DNA from: Candidatus Dojkabacteria bacterium
GTDB taxonomy: Bacteria; Patescibacteriota; Dojkabacteria; SC72
Direction: 5' to 3'
DNA: 64,000 bases
NCBI GenBank assembly: GCA_050950165.1
Contig: JBMNHC010000001.1
Span: 255,151-319,150, forward strand
A program made the position numbers and the translations under genes. Positions 39,585 to 51,100 of the stretch are shown in pieces (position 1 is the stretch's first letter; every line of letters starts with the position of its first letter). The notes under the pieces are model-generated. The model made no database searches and was not told where the DNA came from. It was given only the letters and a program-made list of their open reading frames with translations.

Positions 39585-40151
39585 TTATTTACTTTTTACT
39601 ACCACCACTCTAGATGGTCTAATCACGATATCATCCAACATATATCCAGGTTGAATGACATCGTATATCTCACCTTCATTCTCACCCTCTACAGTACTTA
39701 GTGCTTCATGTATAGAGGGGTCAAATTTAGAGTTTTTCTCTGGTACATATCTTTGTAGTCCAATTTCAGCCAAAGCTTTTTCTAAATTACTGATCAATTC
39801 AACAACTCCACTTGCCCAAGATTCTCCCCTTTCATCAAATTTCATCTCACCTTTAACCTTTAGTGCCATAGCCATATCATCAATGGTTGGTATAATTTTC
39901 TCTGCTAAAGATCTCTTAAATTGCAATACAGAAAGATTTAATCTCTTTTGAGTATTTGCTTCTAAGTTCTGATAATCTGCTAAAGCTCTCTTAAGCTGAT
40001 TAATTACCTCCAATTTCTCATCTTCAACCTTGTCTACAGTCAATGCCAACTCTTTAATATTTTCTTCCAACCTAGCAATCTCACCCTCCAAGTGCTTAAT
40101 TTCTTGGCTCTCAATTTTGTGAACACTTTTTGTGCTATCTGTTTTTTTCAT
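39585..40151 (-). CDS. grpE: Nucleotide exchange factor GrpE
   Basis: It has an N-terminal coiled coil and the GrpE signature [17 protein letters not shown]...DPSIHEALS. It sits between hrcA and dnaK. Confidence 0.9.
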   Translation of the reverse strand: MKKTDSTKSVHKIESQEIKHLEGEIARLEENIKELALTVDKVEDEKLEVINQLKRALADYQNLEANTQKRLNLSVLQFKRSLAEKIIPTIDDMAMALKVKGEMKFDERGESWASGVVELISNLEKALAEIGLQRYVPEKNSKFDPSIHEALSTVEGENEGEIYDVIQPGYMLDDIVIRPSRVVVVKSK

Positions 40152-40167
40152 AACTAGAATATTTAGT

Positions 40168-40893
40168 TTAACTCCAACCTCTCAATATATTACGCATAGA
40201 GCTCTGTACCTCTCTCAGAGCAGGTATAGATTTTGCATAATCCATTCTCTTAGATCCTAAGATACCAATATATGCATCTTCTGTATCCCAGAAAGGCAAA
40301 GTCGTAAATACCAAAGAACAACCTTCTAAATCTTTAATACCCGACTCTTCACCAATTAGAAGAGATACTCCAGATCCACCATACTTATGCATCATATTTA
40401 CTAAGAAATCCCTATCTTCCAAAATATTAACAACTCTCTGTAGCTTCTCCCAATCCCTTAACTCTTCATATTTAAAGAAATTAGATAGACCCCAATACCT
40501 ACACTGGTTATCAATAATTAGGAAAACTACAGACTCAGTTTCTTCTGAAAGAATCTGTAATATGGAATTAAGAACGGCTTCTTTAGAGAACCTATCTCTA
40601 AAGATACCCTGCCTTATCTCCACTGTTATCAAAGGATTTAAAGAGCTACTATTCAATATTTTACTAACATACAATCTAAGAGCTTGATCAGTAGGATATC
40701 TTCCTGAAGAGACATGGCTTTTTTCCAACAATCCAAGTTCCATTAGTTTTGCCATCTCATTTCTAATTGTTGCAGGACTAACTCCTAAGTTATGCTTCTC
40801 TTGAAGATACAGAGATCCAACTTCTTCGGCATTTTCCATAAATTCCTCAATTATTGCCATTAGTATCCTTTTCTGTCTCTCTGTAATATCCAT
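40168..40893 (-). CDS. hrcA: Heat-inducible transcription repressor HrcA (short form)
   Basis: RQKRILMAIIEEF...GVSPATIRNEMAKLMELGLLEKSHVSSGRYPTDQALR is the HrcA winged-helix N-terminus. It is first in the hrcA-grpE-dnaK order. Confidence 0.85.
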   Translation of the reverse strand: MDITERQKRILMAIIEEFMENAEEVGSLYLQEKHNLGVSPATIRNEMAKLMELGLLEKSHVSSGRYPTDQALRLYVSKILNSSSLNPLITVEIRQGIFRDRFSKEAVLNSILQILSEETESVVFLIIDNQCRYWGLSNFFKYEELRDWEKLQRVVNILEDRDFLVNMMHKYGGSGVSLLIGEESGIKDLEGCSLVFTTLPFWDTEDAYIGILGSKRMDYAKSIPALREVQSSMRNILRGWS

Positions 40894-40897
40894 CTAA

Positions 40898-40953
40898 TTA
40901 GCACTCTTAAAGATTACCTGCTAAAGTATATGGGTATTTTTCAATTGTGTCAA
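40898..40953 (-). promoter_or_regulatory. hrcA operon promoter (TTGACA-N17-TATACT) with an overlapping CIRCE-like operator
   Basis: On the minus strand, TTGACA (plus 40948-40953), a 17-nt spacer and TATACT (plus 40925-40930) are followed by TTAGCAGGT-N9-GAGTGCTAA (plus 40898-40924). The right half-site is a perfect CIRCE consensus. Confidence 0.7.
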
Positions 40954-41019
40954 TAACTAGTTGAAATATATTAAAATAGACAAGCACAAAAAAAATATCT
41001 TAATAGCTAATAGATATTG

Positions 41020-41048
41020 TTGATTAATCACCTTATCTTTGCTATACT
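41020..41048 (+). promoter_or_regulatory. Sigma70-like promoter candidate for rplY
   Basis: TTGATT-N17-TATACT, ending 10 nt before the ATG at 41059. It lies inside the ORF-track N-terminal extension, which argues against that extension. Confidence 0.5.
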
Positions 41049-41058
41049 TTCACTCGTT

Positions 41059-41721
41059 ATGCAAAAACTAAAACTAGAAAAAAGAGAAACATTAGGTAAA
41101 AAAGTTAAAGCACTAAGAAGAGAAGGAACTATTCCTACTGTAGTATACAATACTAAGGGAGAATCTTTTAATACGAAGATTAGTAAGAAAGATGCTGAAA
41201 ATCTCTATAGACATACTACATCTACTACTATCTTAGATGCAGAATTTGAAGGAAGGGAATTCAAATGTTTGATTAAAGATTTTGACATTAACTCTCTAAC
41301 TGGAGAGATTAATCACATTTCCATATTCGAAATTGATGAAAATGCTCCAATGGTATTTACAGTACCATTTACACTAGTTGGAGTATCCCCTGCAGTAAAG
41401 AATAACTTAGGAATCTTGGTAAACACATTGGATGATATTGATGTTAAATGTCAATTAAGTAAACTACAACCGGAGATTGAAGTAGATATCTCTCAATTAA
41501 CAGAAGTAGGACAAACAATTACTGTTGAAGATATTAAACTACCAGAAGGTATGACACTGGTTAATGAAGATATGAAAACTGCAGCTATTGCTACGATAAC
41601 TGAGGCTCAGAAAGTTGAAGAAATTGAACCAGTAGTTGAAGAAGGAGAGGAAGGAGCAGAAGAGGGAGAAACAGAAGGAGAAGCACCTGCTGAGGAGGAA
41701 ACAAAAGAAGTTGCAGAGTAA
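41059..41721 (+). CDS. rplY: 50S ribosomal protein L25 / general stress protein Ctc, with an acidic C-terminal extension
   Basis: MQKLKLEKRETLGKKVKALRREGTIPTVVYN...EINHISIFE matches the L25/Ctc family. The C-terminus is E-rich. Confidence 0.8.
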   Translation: MQKLKLEKRETLGKKVKALRREGTIPTVVYNTKGESFNTKISKKDAENLYRHTTSTTILDAEFEGREFKCLIKDFDINSLTGEINHISIFEIDENAPMVFTVPFTLVGVSPAVKNNLGILVNTLDDIDVKCQLSKLQPEIEVDISQLTEVGQTITVEDIKLPEGMTLVNEDMKTAAIATITEAQKVEEIEPVVEEGEEGAEEGETEGEAPAEEETKEVAE

Positions 41722-41753
41722 TATAGCATCCTTTAATTAAAAGGTTTGTATAT

Positions 41754-42692
41754 ATGATTACCGTAATAATTACATCTTGGAAAGAACCCAATACCATTGG
41801 CAAATGTATAAGATGCATTGCAGATAGTAAATATTCAGGAATAACTAGACCTTTTGAAATACTACAACTATCACCAGATCAAGAAACACTAGATGCTGGT
41901 AAGAAGGTTGCAAAGGAGTTAAAACTTTCAAAGAGTGAATATATACAGATACAGGACCCTAAAAAAGGTAAACCCTTTGCTTTAAAATTAGCTATTAAAC
42001 AAGCAAAAGGAGACATCCTAATATTCACAGATGGAGATACACACTTTGAGAAACAATCTGTTAAGTATCTAATAGAGCCTTTCCAAGACAGAGAAATATA
42101 TGGTGTTAGTGGAAGACCAATATCTGCTGATACAAGAGAGGATATTTGGGGATATTGGGGTAACTTACTCTCTGATTCAGGACATCACAGAAGATCTAGA
42201 TTAATGAAAAAGGTAAAAGGAAAGAAGTATTACAAAAGTAGTAAAAGATTTTACCCAATGAGTGGATATATTATGGCAACTAGAAAACTAGATATGAATA
42301 TACCTAAAGATGTACTCTCAGATGATGCATATATCTCCTACTTCATTAGAAATATGAACAAGGAGATTGCATATACACCTAATGCAAAATGTTATGTTAG
42401 ATATCCTAAAACCTTAAGTGATTATTACAAACAGAAGGTAAGATCTATCGGTGGTTTTGTACAACTTAGAAAGTATGGAGTATTCAAAAGAGACAAACAG
42501 AGTAGAAGTTTTTTAATTGAACTACCATATGCTCTCTTTGTACTAACATATCCTAAAAATCTAAAAGAATTTATCTGGTCTTTAGCTCTCTTTCCAGTAA
42601 GACTACTAACATGGTTAAGAATATATTGGGAGAGAATTATCATACAAAAAGACTTCACTGATACATGGGTTAGAATTGAAAGTACTAAGTAA
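41754..42692 (+). CDS. Family 2 glycosyltransferase
   Basis: MITVIITSWKEPNTIGKCI has the GT2 N-terminal fold. ILIFTDGDTHFE is the DxD region. Confidence 0.75.
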   Translation: MITVIITSWKEPNTIGKCIRCIADSKYSGITRPFEILQLSPDQETLDAGKKVAKELKLSKSEYIQIQDPKKGKPFALKLAIKQAKGDILIFTDGDTHFEKQSVKYLIEPFQDREIYGVSGRPISADTREDIWGYWGNLLSDSGHHRRSRLMKKVKGKKYYKSSKRFYPMSGYIMATRKLDMNIPKDVLSDDAYISYFIRNMNKEIAYTPNAKCYVRYPKTLSDYYKQKVRSIGGFVQLRKYGVFKRDKQSRSFLIELPYALFVLTYPKNLKEFIWSLALFPVRLLTWLRIYWERIIIQKDFTDTWVRIESTK

Positions 42693-42698
42693 GAGATA

Positions 42699-43259
42699 TT
42701 AGAAATTTTCTCTCTCTAACAATCCATCCGCTATTAACATCTCACATACTTCTTGAGAACCTGGAGCAAAGAAGATTTCTCTTTTAACAAATCTATCTTT
42801 AAACTCATCTAAGGGTACATATATTACTTCTGCAACCTCTACACTGTTAAGTACAGGTTTAGAATCTACTGTTGAGAAGTAGACATATATGAATTCTCTT
42901 TCAAATCCATAATCTATTTTATATTTCTTTATGAATTTTAGCTTTACATCTAGCCCTAGTTCTTCAAACATCTCTCTTTCTGCAGTAGTTAATGGATCTT
43001 CACCATATCTAACATGACCTGCACCAGTAGCAATGATCTGATTTGGAGATGTATCTTTAGTAGTAGATCTCTTTGTTAGAAGAAGCTCTCCTTTGCTGTT
43101 GAGAAGATAAACATGAATAGTTCTGTGCCAAGGCTTACTGCTCTCATTATGACACTCCTCTCTTCTAACAGAAGATATTACATTGTCATTCTCATCTACA
43201 TGGGTAAGAAGTTCATCCTTAAGATCTGAAGGAGATGGATTGTAATATGAATTGGTCAC
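42699..43259 (-). CDS. NUDIX hydrolase
   Basis: The Nudix box is GAGHVRYGEDPLTTAEREMFEELGL (GX5EX7REUXEEXGU). Confidence 0.75.
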   Translation of the reverse strand: MTNSYYNPSPSDLKDELLTHVDENDNVISSVRREECHNESSKPWHRTIHVYLLNSKGELLLTKRSTTKDTSPNQIIATGAGHVRYGEDPLTTAEREMFEELGLDVKLKFIKKYKIDYGFEREFIYVYFSTVDSKPVLNSVEVAEVIYVPLDEFKDRFVKREIFFAPGSQEVCEMLIADGLLERENF

Positions 43260-43295
43260 AAAGAAAGTATACCAGAAAAGAAAACAGTGTAGCTA

Positions 43296-43763
43296 TTACC
43301 ACCTAAAGTGAGCAAATGCTTTGTTTGCCTCAGCCATTCTCTCTACATCACTCTTCTTTTTAATAGCGTCTCCTTCACCATTAAAAGCATCTAGTACCTC
43401 TATTCCTAAAAGCTCTTCAAAAGATTTTCCACTTTTAGATCTTGCAGAATCTACTAACCATCTGATAGCTAAAGTCTCCTGCCTTTTAGGATTAACAGGA
43501 ACAGGTATCTGGTAGTTTGCACCACCTACTCTTCTAGATCTAATCTCTAATGCAGGTCTAACATTGTCTACTGCAGTATGTACAAATTCAATAACTGGTG
43601 TTTTACTTTTTTGTGAACCAGTCTCTATTGCAGTATATACAATACTTTCTGCTATAGATTTTTTCCCTCCTTGCATTACTTTGTTGATAAGTCTACCGAT
43701 AAGTTCATCATTATACTTCCTATCTTTTGCAATTGTTCTTTTTTTAGCTCTCTTGCCTCTCAT
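43296..43763 (-). CDS. rpsG: 30S ribosomal protein S7
   Basis: MRGKRAKKRTIAKDRKYNDELIGRLINKVMQGGKKSIAESIVY...KAFAHFRW. Confidence 0.95.
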   Translation of the reverse strand: MRGKRAKKRTIAKDRKYNDELIGRLINKVMQGGKKSIAESIVYTAIETGSQKSKTPVIEFVHTAVDNVRPALEIRSRRVGGANYQIPVPVNPKRQETLAIRWLVDSARSKSGKSFEELLGIEVLDAFNGEGDAIKKKSDVERMAEANKAFAHFRW

Positions 43764-43783
43764 TTATTCATCTATTTAAATTA

Positions 43784-44197
43784 TTAACTCTCTGCTCTCT
43801 TAGCTCCATATTTAGATCTAGCCTTCTTTCTACCTTTTACTCCTGCTGCATCATATTTACCTCTAACAACGATATATTTTACACCTGGTAAATCTCTCTT
43901 CTTTCCTGCTTTAAGAAGAACAACTGAGTGCTCTTGTAAGTTATGTCCCTCTCCAGGTATATATGCTGTTACCTCCATACCGTTAGAAAGTCTTACTCTA
44001 GCGACTTTACGAAGTGCAGAGTTAGGCTTTTTAGGAGTTAAAGTTCTTACTTGCAAACATACACCTCTTTTAAAAGGGTTCTTCTCTTTCTTGTACCTAT
44101 TCTTAAGAGGGTTAAAGTTTGTAGCTAATGCTAGGTGCTTTACCTTCTCTCTCTTAGATACTCTAGGTTTTCTAACTAACTGATTAATCGTTGGCAT
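43784..44197 (-). CDS. rpsL: 30S ribosomal protein S12, with a roughly 13-aa N-terminal-region insertion
   Basis: [12 protein letters not shown]...[53 protein letters not shown]... Confidence 0.95.
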   Translation of the reverse strand: MPTINQLVRKPRVSKREKVKHLALATNFNPLKNRYKKEKNPFKRGVCLQVRTLTPKKPNSALRKVARVRLSNGMEVTAYIPGEGHNLQEHSVVLLKAGKKRDLPGVKYIVVRGKYDAAGVKGRKKARSKYGAKRAES

Positions 44198-44222
44198 GGT
44201 TCGTATTATACAACAAAATCAA

Positions 44223-47200
44223 CTAAAATTTAATCTCTGGTAAATCATTTATATCCTCAATTCGAGCATCCTCTCCTGAAGGTATTCTTCTTCCAATGAT
44301 TACATTTTCTTTCATACCTCTTAGGTAATCTGTCTTACCAAGTATCGCACTGTTTGTTAATACTCTTACTTGCTCCTGGAATGACATAGCAGAAAGGAAA
44401 CTCTCTGTATACAGAGCTGATGCTTTAATACCTAATAGCTTAGGAGATATCAATACTTTTCTCTTCTCTTCCGAGAGAAGTTGATCATTTTTTGCAGAAG
44501 CGATAAATCTGTTAACAAGAGATCCTACTAGATATTCGCTATCTCCACTCTCTAAGACTTTACCTAATCTTGCCATCTGTCTGATGATAATTTCAATATG
44601 TATATCACCAATTGAAACACCCTGACTGTTAAATACCTTCTGTACTTGATCTAAGACATATTTCTGAGCTTTAAGAATACCTGCAGCATCTGCTAGCTTC
44701 TTAGGATCCACAGAACCCTCTGTTAGTTGATCACCTGCTTCTACCTCAGCACCATCTGATACTAATACAGGAATATTTGGAAGTACAGATATCATCTCCT
44801 CTGCTTTAACACTACCCTTGAGTGTAAGAATTCCTCCTTCAATTTTTGCTACTCCATCAAAAGGAGCTTGTTTTTCTACCTCATCAGAATCAATAAATAT
44901 TGCTTGAGCATTCTTTACTTCTGCACCATCTGTTACCAACACTTTCTTAGCATCAGAGATTACATAGTCTCTTGAGATATTTTTCTTTCCAACTATGGTA
45001 ATAACTGCAGAGTCATCTTCTGCTCTTTCAACACTAACTTTACCACTAATAGATGCAATCTCTGCTTCTGCTTTTGGAGATCTAGCTTCAAAGAGCTCCT
45101 CTATTCTAGGCAAACCTTGAGTAATATCTGTTGCCTGTACTCCTCCTTTATGAAAGGTCTGCATGGTCATCTGAGTACCTGGCTCACCAATAGATTGAGC
45201 TGCAATTACTCCTACTGCTTTACCCATATCTGTCTCACTACCGTTTTCAAGATTCAAGCCGTAACATTTCTTACATATTCCCATAGGGGCTTTACAAAGG
45301 ATTGGGCTTCTAACTTCAACTTCATCTACTCCTTCTTCGTCAATCTTTTTTGCAATCTCTCTAGTAATATATTCTCCTTTAGGAACAAGAACTTCTTTTT
45401 TAGAATTTACAACATCCTTTGCAACAACTCTTCCAAAGAGTCTCTGGTTATAGCCTAATCTTCTGTCATCTGATCTTTTAATTTTTAGTCCCTCTCCATT
45501 ATATCCACAGTCTTCGAAACGAACAATGACATCGTGAGCAACGTCTACTAGTTTTCTAGTTAAATATCCAGATGAAGATGTTCTAAGAGATCTGTCTGCG
45601 ATACCCTTTCTACCACCATTTGCAGCAACAAAGTACTCAAAAGCACCAAGTCCATCACGATAGTTGCCTTTAATTGGTAGTGGTACCCAGTTTCCTCTAG
45701 AGTCTCTAACTACACCCTTAATTGTTAACACCTGCCTTGCCTGAATCTTACCACCATTAGCCTTAGACTCTACCATTTCAAATACAGAGTTATTTTTATC
45801 CAATGTCTTCCAAGCTTCTTCTGCAATATCATCAGCAAAGTCATTCCACATCTCTGTAGAGAGATCAATTTTCTCTTTTTCTGTAATTAATCCCTGTAAG
45901 TAGTTCTCCTGTAACTGAAGGTCTTTGTCTTCCATCTCCTTAATTCCAGAAGCAACATCAAAGTCGATCTTACAGTCCTCGATAGCGAAAGAGAAACCTA
46001 AATCAGTAGCATACTTAAAGCCCATGTATTTAAGACTATCAAGAAGCTCTACAACTATCTCTAATTGATAATTGTTTTTTACATCATCAACTATCTCTGA
46101 GATGGTATCTCCACTAACTCTCTCATTTACAAATCTATAGCCTTCTGGTAAAGCTCTATTGAAAATACATCTTCCTGCAGAAGTTTTAACTACCTCTCCA
46201 TTAATACTTACTAGAATCTGCTCGTCTATCTTAATTACACCTCTCTCATATGCCTTTATTGCTAAGTCTGCAGAAGCAAACATTCTAGGATTTTCAACCT
46301 CATTCATATCAGTCATGAGGTAGAATCCAATTAACATATCCTTAGCAGGTGTAGCTAATACATGTCCCTGTGAGATATTTACAATATTCTTTGAAGCCAT
46401 AATATCTCTCTTTGCTTCTTCCACTGCTTCTTTTGTTAAAAGTAGGTGCACAGACATCTGGTCTCCATCAAAGTCTGCATTAAATGCTTTACATACCAAT
46501 GGGTGTAGTCTAATAGCTTCACCTTCTACAAGTCTAGGATAGAAGCCTTGAATACTATACTTATGAAGTGTAGGAGCACGGTTTAGAAGTACTGGTTTAC
46601 CATATATTACTTTTTCTAATAGGTCCCAAATAATCTCCTGCTCTTCTTCAATCATCTCTTTTGCAATCCTAACATTAGGAGCAATCTCTAGATGTAAAAG
46701 TTGGTGTATTACAAACGGTTTAAACATCTCTAAAGCAATAGATTTGGGAAGACCACACTGGTCTAACTTTAAGCTAGGGTCTCCTACAATTACTGCACGT
46801 CCAGAGTAGTCTACACGCTTACCTAGAAGATTCTTTCTAAAGATTCCTTTCTTACCTCTTAGGTCGTCTGTTAAAGATTGGTAAGGAAGTCTCTTGTTAT
46901 TCATCATCGGCTTAGATGGTCTATGAGAGTTATCTATTACAGCATCTACAGACTCTTGAAGCATCCTCTTTTCATTTCTAAGAATTACATCGGGCGCTCC
47001 TATCTCCATTAGTCTAGCTAAACGATTGTTTCTGTTTATAATTCTTCTGTACAGATCGTTTAAATCTGAAGTAGCAAATTTACCTCCTGGTAGAGGAATG
47101 ATAGGTCTTAGATCTGGAGGTAGAACAGGCAAGATATCCATTACCATCCAGCTAGGATTAATACCATTCTTTTCAAACCCCTCTAAGTATTGTATTCTTC

Positions 47201-48104
47201 TAATGGTAGACGCTTTTTTGTCTCCCTTCTCTTTCTTAGCACGTCTTCTTAGAGACTTAAGCTCTTTTTCTAAATCTAAATCTTCCAAAAGCTTCTTTAC
47301 TGCTTCTGCTCCCATCATAGCTTTAAAAAAGAGAAGGTCTCTATCCTCTAAATCAATATACTCATCCTCTGTTAGAACAGAACCTACCTCTACTTTGCTA
47401 ATAATTTGTTCAAGTTTGGTATAGAAAGCTTCTAACTCTTCAGCTCTCTCTGCATATTCTTTTCTTGTTTTTGCAATAGTCTGTTTCTTTTTATGCTCTA
47501 GTTGGTTAACTTTGAAATCAGAACTCTCTTTACTCTTTTTCAAAGATTTTAACTCTTTGTCAAAAAGAGAGGCTACTTCTTTAAGCTCTTCATCTAATTC
47601 TCCTTGTAATATATCTAACTCTTCTTTTCTTAATCTCTCTATCCTTGCAAGAGCATCTTTTCTCTGCTCGTTCTCTAACTCTACTACCATATATCTTGTG
47701 TAGTAGATTACAGAGAGAAGTTTTTTGTGAGACATATCTAAAACAATGGACATCTTGTTAGGAATACCATATGCAAACCATACATGAGCAACAGGAACTG
47801 CCAATTTAATATGTCCCATTCTTTCTCTTCTAACATCCTTTGTTGTAACTTCTACTCCACACTTGTCACAAACTATTCCCTTGTACCTAATCTTCTTGTA
47901 CTTACCACAGTAACATTCATAGTTTTTGGTAGGACCAAATATCTTTTCACAGAAAAGACCATCAGGTTCTGCTCTAAAAGTTCTGTAGTTAATAGTTTCT
48001 GCTTTTGTTACTTCTCCATATGACCAATCTAATACCTGCTCTGGAGAAGCTAGTGTAAGTTTAAGAGCATCAAAGTTTTCAAATGTATTTCTTTTGTTAT
48101 TCAT
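44223..48104 (-). CDS. rpoC: DNA-directed RNA polymerase subunit beta'
   Basis: The zinc-binding CYCGKYKKIRYKGIVCDKCGVEV and the catalytic NADFDGDQM are present. Length is 1293 aa, with a lineage-specific coiled-coil insertion. Confidence 0.97.
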   Translation of the reverse strand: MNNKRNTFENFDALKLTLASPEQVLDWSYGEVTKAETINYRTFRAEPDGLFCEKIFGPTKNYECYCGKYKKIRYKGIVCDKCGVEVTTKDVRRERMGHIKLAVPVAHVWFAYGIPNKMSIVLDMSHKKLLSVIYYTRYMVVELENEQRKDALARIERLRKEELDILQGELDEELKEVASLFDKELKSLKKSKESSDFKVNQLEHKKKQTIAKTRKEYAERAEELEAFYTKLEQIISKVEVGSVLTEDEYIDLEDRDLLFFKAMMGAEAVKKLLEDLDLEKELKSLRRRAKKEKGDKKASTIRRIQYLEGFEKNGINPSWMVMDILPVLPPDLRPIIPLPGGKFATSDLNDLYRRIINRNNRLARLMEIGAPDVILRNEKRMLQESVDAVIDNSHRPSKPMMNNKRLPYQSLTDDLRGKKGIFRKNLLGKRVDYSGRAVIVGDPSLKLDQCGLPKSIALEMFKPFVIHQLLHLEIAPNVRIAKEMIEEEQEIIWDLLEKVIYGKPVLLNRAPTLHKYSIQGFYPRLVEGEAIRLHPLVCKAFNADFDGDQMSVHLLLTKEAVEEAKRDIMASKNIVNISQGHVLATPAKDMLIGFYLMTDMNEVENPRMFASADLAIKAYERGVIKIDEQILVSINGEVVKTSAGRCIFNRALPEGYRFVNERVSGDTISEIVDDVKNNYQLEIVVELLDSLKYMGFKYATDLGFSFAIEDCKIDFDVASGIKEMEDKDLQLQENYLQGLITEKEKIDLSTEMWNDFADDIAEEAWKTLDKNNSVFEMVESKANGGKIQARQVLTIKGVVRDSRGNWVPLPIKGNYRDGLGAFEYFVAANGGRKGIADRSLRTSSSGYLTRKLVDVAHDVIVRFEDCGYNGEGLKIKRSDDRRLGYNQRLFGRVVAKDVVNSKKEVLVPKGEYITREIAKKIDEEGVDEVEVRSPILCKAPMGICKKCYGLNLENGSETDMGKAVGVIAAQSIGEPGTQMTMQTFHKGGVQATDITQGLPRIEELFEARSPKAEAEIASISGKVSVERAEDDSAVITIVGKKNISRDYVISDAKKVLVTDGAEVKNAQAIFIDSDEVEKQAPFDGVAKIEGGILTLKGSVKAEEMISVLPNIPVLVSDGAEVEAGDQLTEGSVDPKKLADAAGILKAQKYVLDQVQKVFNSQGVSIGDIHIEIIIRQMARLGKVLESGDSEYLVGSLVNRFIASAKNDQLLSEEKRKVLISPKLLGIKASALYTESFLSAMSFQEQVRVLTNSAILGKTDYLRGMKENVIIGRRIPSGEDARIEDINDLPEIKF

Positions 48105-51100
48105 TACTCTACAACCTCCTCTGGATTTTTAGAAATTAATTCCATATTTAGACACAAAGCATTAAGCTCTTTTATTAACACCTTAAAGGATTCTGGTACA
48201 TTTACACTCTCTATCTTCTCTCCATGAATGATAGCTTTGTAAGCTGTTGACCTACCTTTAACATCATCTGATTTAATAGTAAGCATCTCCTGTAAGGTGT
48301 ATGGTGCACCATGTGCTTCAAGTGCCCATACTTCCATTTCTCCAAATCTCTGCCCACCTCTTTGAGCTTTTCCTCCTAAAGGCTGTTGAGTGACAGCTGT
48401 ATATGGACCAGTAGACCTAGCATGAACTTTCTCGTCAGCAATATGGTGAAGCTTAAGAATATATTTAACACCTACGGTCACTTTACGTGGGAATTTCTGA
48501 CCAGTTCTACCATCGTAAAGATCTACTTTCTGTTCCATCTTAAAGCCTTTCTTCTCCATCTCCTTTTCTAACCAAGCAATATTTACACCTTCAAAAAGAG
48601 GAAATGCAAATTTCTCCTTTAGAAGTTTTGCATACAGACCGAAGTGTACTTCTTCTGCCTGTCCCATATTCATACGTTTTAAGAATGTAGGAGTAAGAAC
48701 AATATCTACAGGCTCTCCATCTTCTGTAAACGGCATATCCTCTATTGGACGAATTGCTGCAACAGTATTCTTATCTCCATGTCTACCTGAGATTTTGTCT
48801 CCATATCCAAGTTTCTTTGTATTTGCAACCCATACCTTAACCTCTTCTAATACTCCTGGAGGTAGCTTATCTCCTTCTTCAACAGAGAGTCTCTGTGTAT
48901 GAATTACAATACCTTCTTCACCGTGTGGAAGTCTTAATGAGTTATCTCTAACATCGCTTGCAGACTCTCCAAAGATAGCTCTAAGAAGTCTCTCTTCCGC
49001 TGTTAGCTCTTTCTCTCCACGAGGTGCAATTACTCCAACTAGAATATCTCCAGCTTTAACCTTCATTCCTTCTCTAATTATTCCTGCCATATCTAGCTTC
49101 TGCAGTATCCTATCATTTACATGAGGTATATCGGAGGTAATAATTTCGGGACCTAACTCAGTATCTCTTACCTCCACTTTATGCTCTCTGATATGAACAG
49201 AGGTTAGTAAGTCATCTTTAACAATTCTTTCAGAAATTACTACAGCATCCTCATAGTTGTATCCTTCATAGAACATTAGTGCTGCTCTTAAGTTTGTCCC
49301 TATAGCTAACTCACCACCAACCATAGTGGGTCCATCAACTAATACATCTCCTTTCTTAAATTTCTGGCCTGTTTCTACGGCAGGTTTCTGACTAAAGCAT
49401 GTATTATCATTTGATCTGTAGAAAGTAGATAGATTGTAATCTACCAATCCTGCTTTCTTGTATTGAACAGATACTCTGTTAGCATCTACATATACAACTT
49501 CTCCGTCTTCCTGAGCAAATATTCCCCAGTTAGACTGTCTAGCAACAATCTCTTCTACACCTGTACCAACAAGAGGAGCCTCCTGTTTTACTAGTGGTAC
49601 ACCCTGTCTTTGCATATTTGCTCCCGCTAAGGCTCTCATAGCGTCATCATGAGAAACAAATGGGATTAATGCCATACCCAATCCAGCTTGCTGATATGTT
49701 AGTACATCAACATGTGTAGCAAGATTTACATCCTCTAAAATAAAATCTCCTTCATGTCTAACAGGTACTAAAGATTCTACAATATTGTTGTAATCATCGG
49801 TTTGTATAGAAGCGATACTAATATATCTACTCTCCTCTTCTAAAGAATCAAAATAGTCATATTCTTCGGAGATAAATGGAACAACTTTGACATCTTTAAT
49901 ATCTTTCTTCTTACTAATTTTTTCCGCTATCTCCTTAGTTATTAAAGTCCCTTTCTTTGCAATACCAGTAATATTTTCATCCAATATTCTGTTTAGGAGT
50001 TCTCCCTTACTGTTCTTTACCTTCTTTAATACTCTTCTGTATGGAGACTCCAAGAAACCATACTCATTAATTCTTGCTAAAATTGCTAACTGTGTAACAA
50101 CACCAATATTTGAGCTCTCTGGACTTGTCACAGGGTCAAACTTTGAGTACTGTGAGTTGTGAACCTCACGAATTGAAAATGTCGCTCTATCCTTAACAAT
50201 ACCTCCAGGACCTGCAGCAGTAACCTTTCTCTTGTTCTCTAATTCTGCCAATATATTAGTTTGATCCATGAAAGCAGAAAGTTGATTTGCACCAAAGAAA
50301 GATTGAATAGATGCAGCTATTGGCTTTGTACCAACAAGCATAGAAGGTGTCACTTTTGCATCCTGACCATACAAACTCATCTTGTCCCTAATATTTTTCT
50401 CTAACCTCCTAATACTAGCAAGCAGTTGTCTCTCTAATACCTCACCTACACTCCTAATTCTCCTGTTGCATAGATGATCGATATCATCAGGATTCTCTAC
50501 ACCGTTATTAATATTGATTAACTTTTTCACTATCCTGATAATGTCGTCTGGGTAGAGTACTGCCTCATCTGGATTATTCACATCGTATGAAGTCCCAAGC
50601 TTCCTATTCAATTGATATCTACCAATTTTGCCTAAATCGAATTTCCTTCTGTTAAAGAAATTACTCTTAATATATTTTTCGGCACTATCCAACGTCACAG
50701 ACTCATCTGGTCTAAGTTTGTTGTAGATACTAATAATTGCATCCTCTTTACTCTTAGTAAAATCTCTAGCTAATGTTGCTTCAATATATTTGTACTCCTC
50801 TTTAGTATCTACATCTTTAAAAAGCTTTAGTAGCTCCTGGTCACTCTCATATCCTAAAACTCTAAGAAGTTCTGTAATTAATACCCTAGGTCTTTTAGGA
50901 AGAATACGCATTGAAATTACATTGTATTTGTTTACCTCAATCTCATACCAAGGACCTCTACCAGGCATTAGTCTTGCCTTGTAAAGAGTTCTGTAAGGAA
51001 GTACATCTGCTTCTTCAAAAAGTACACCCTCTGCTCTTACAATCTGGTGTGTAACAACTCTTCTTACTCCATTTACAACAAAAGCTCCATCGTCTGTCAT

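Noticed and set aside
41722-41753. Short AT-rich hairpin (CCTTT-aatt-AAAGG) after rplY as a terminator
   Set aside because: The stem is only 5 bp and AT-rich, which is too weak to call.
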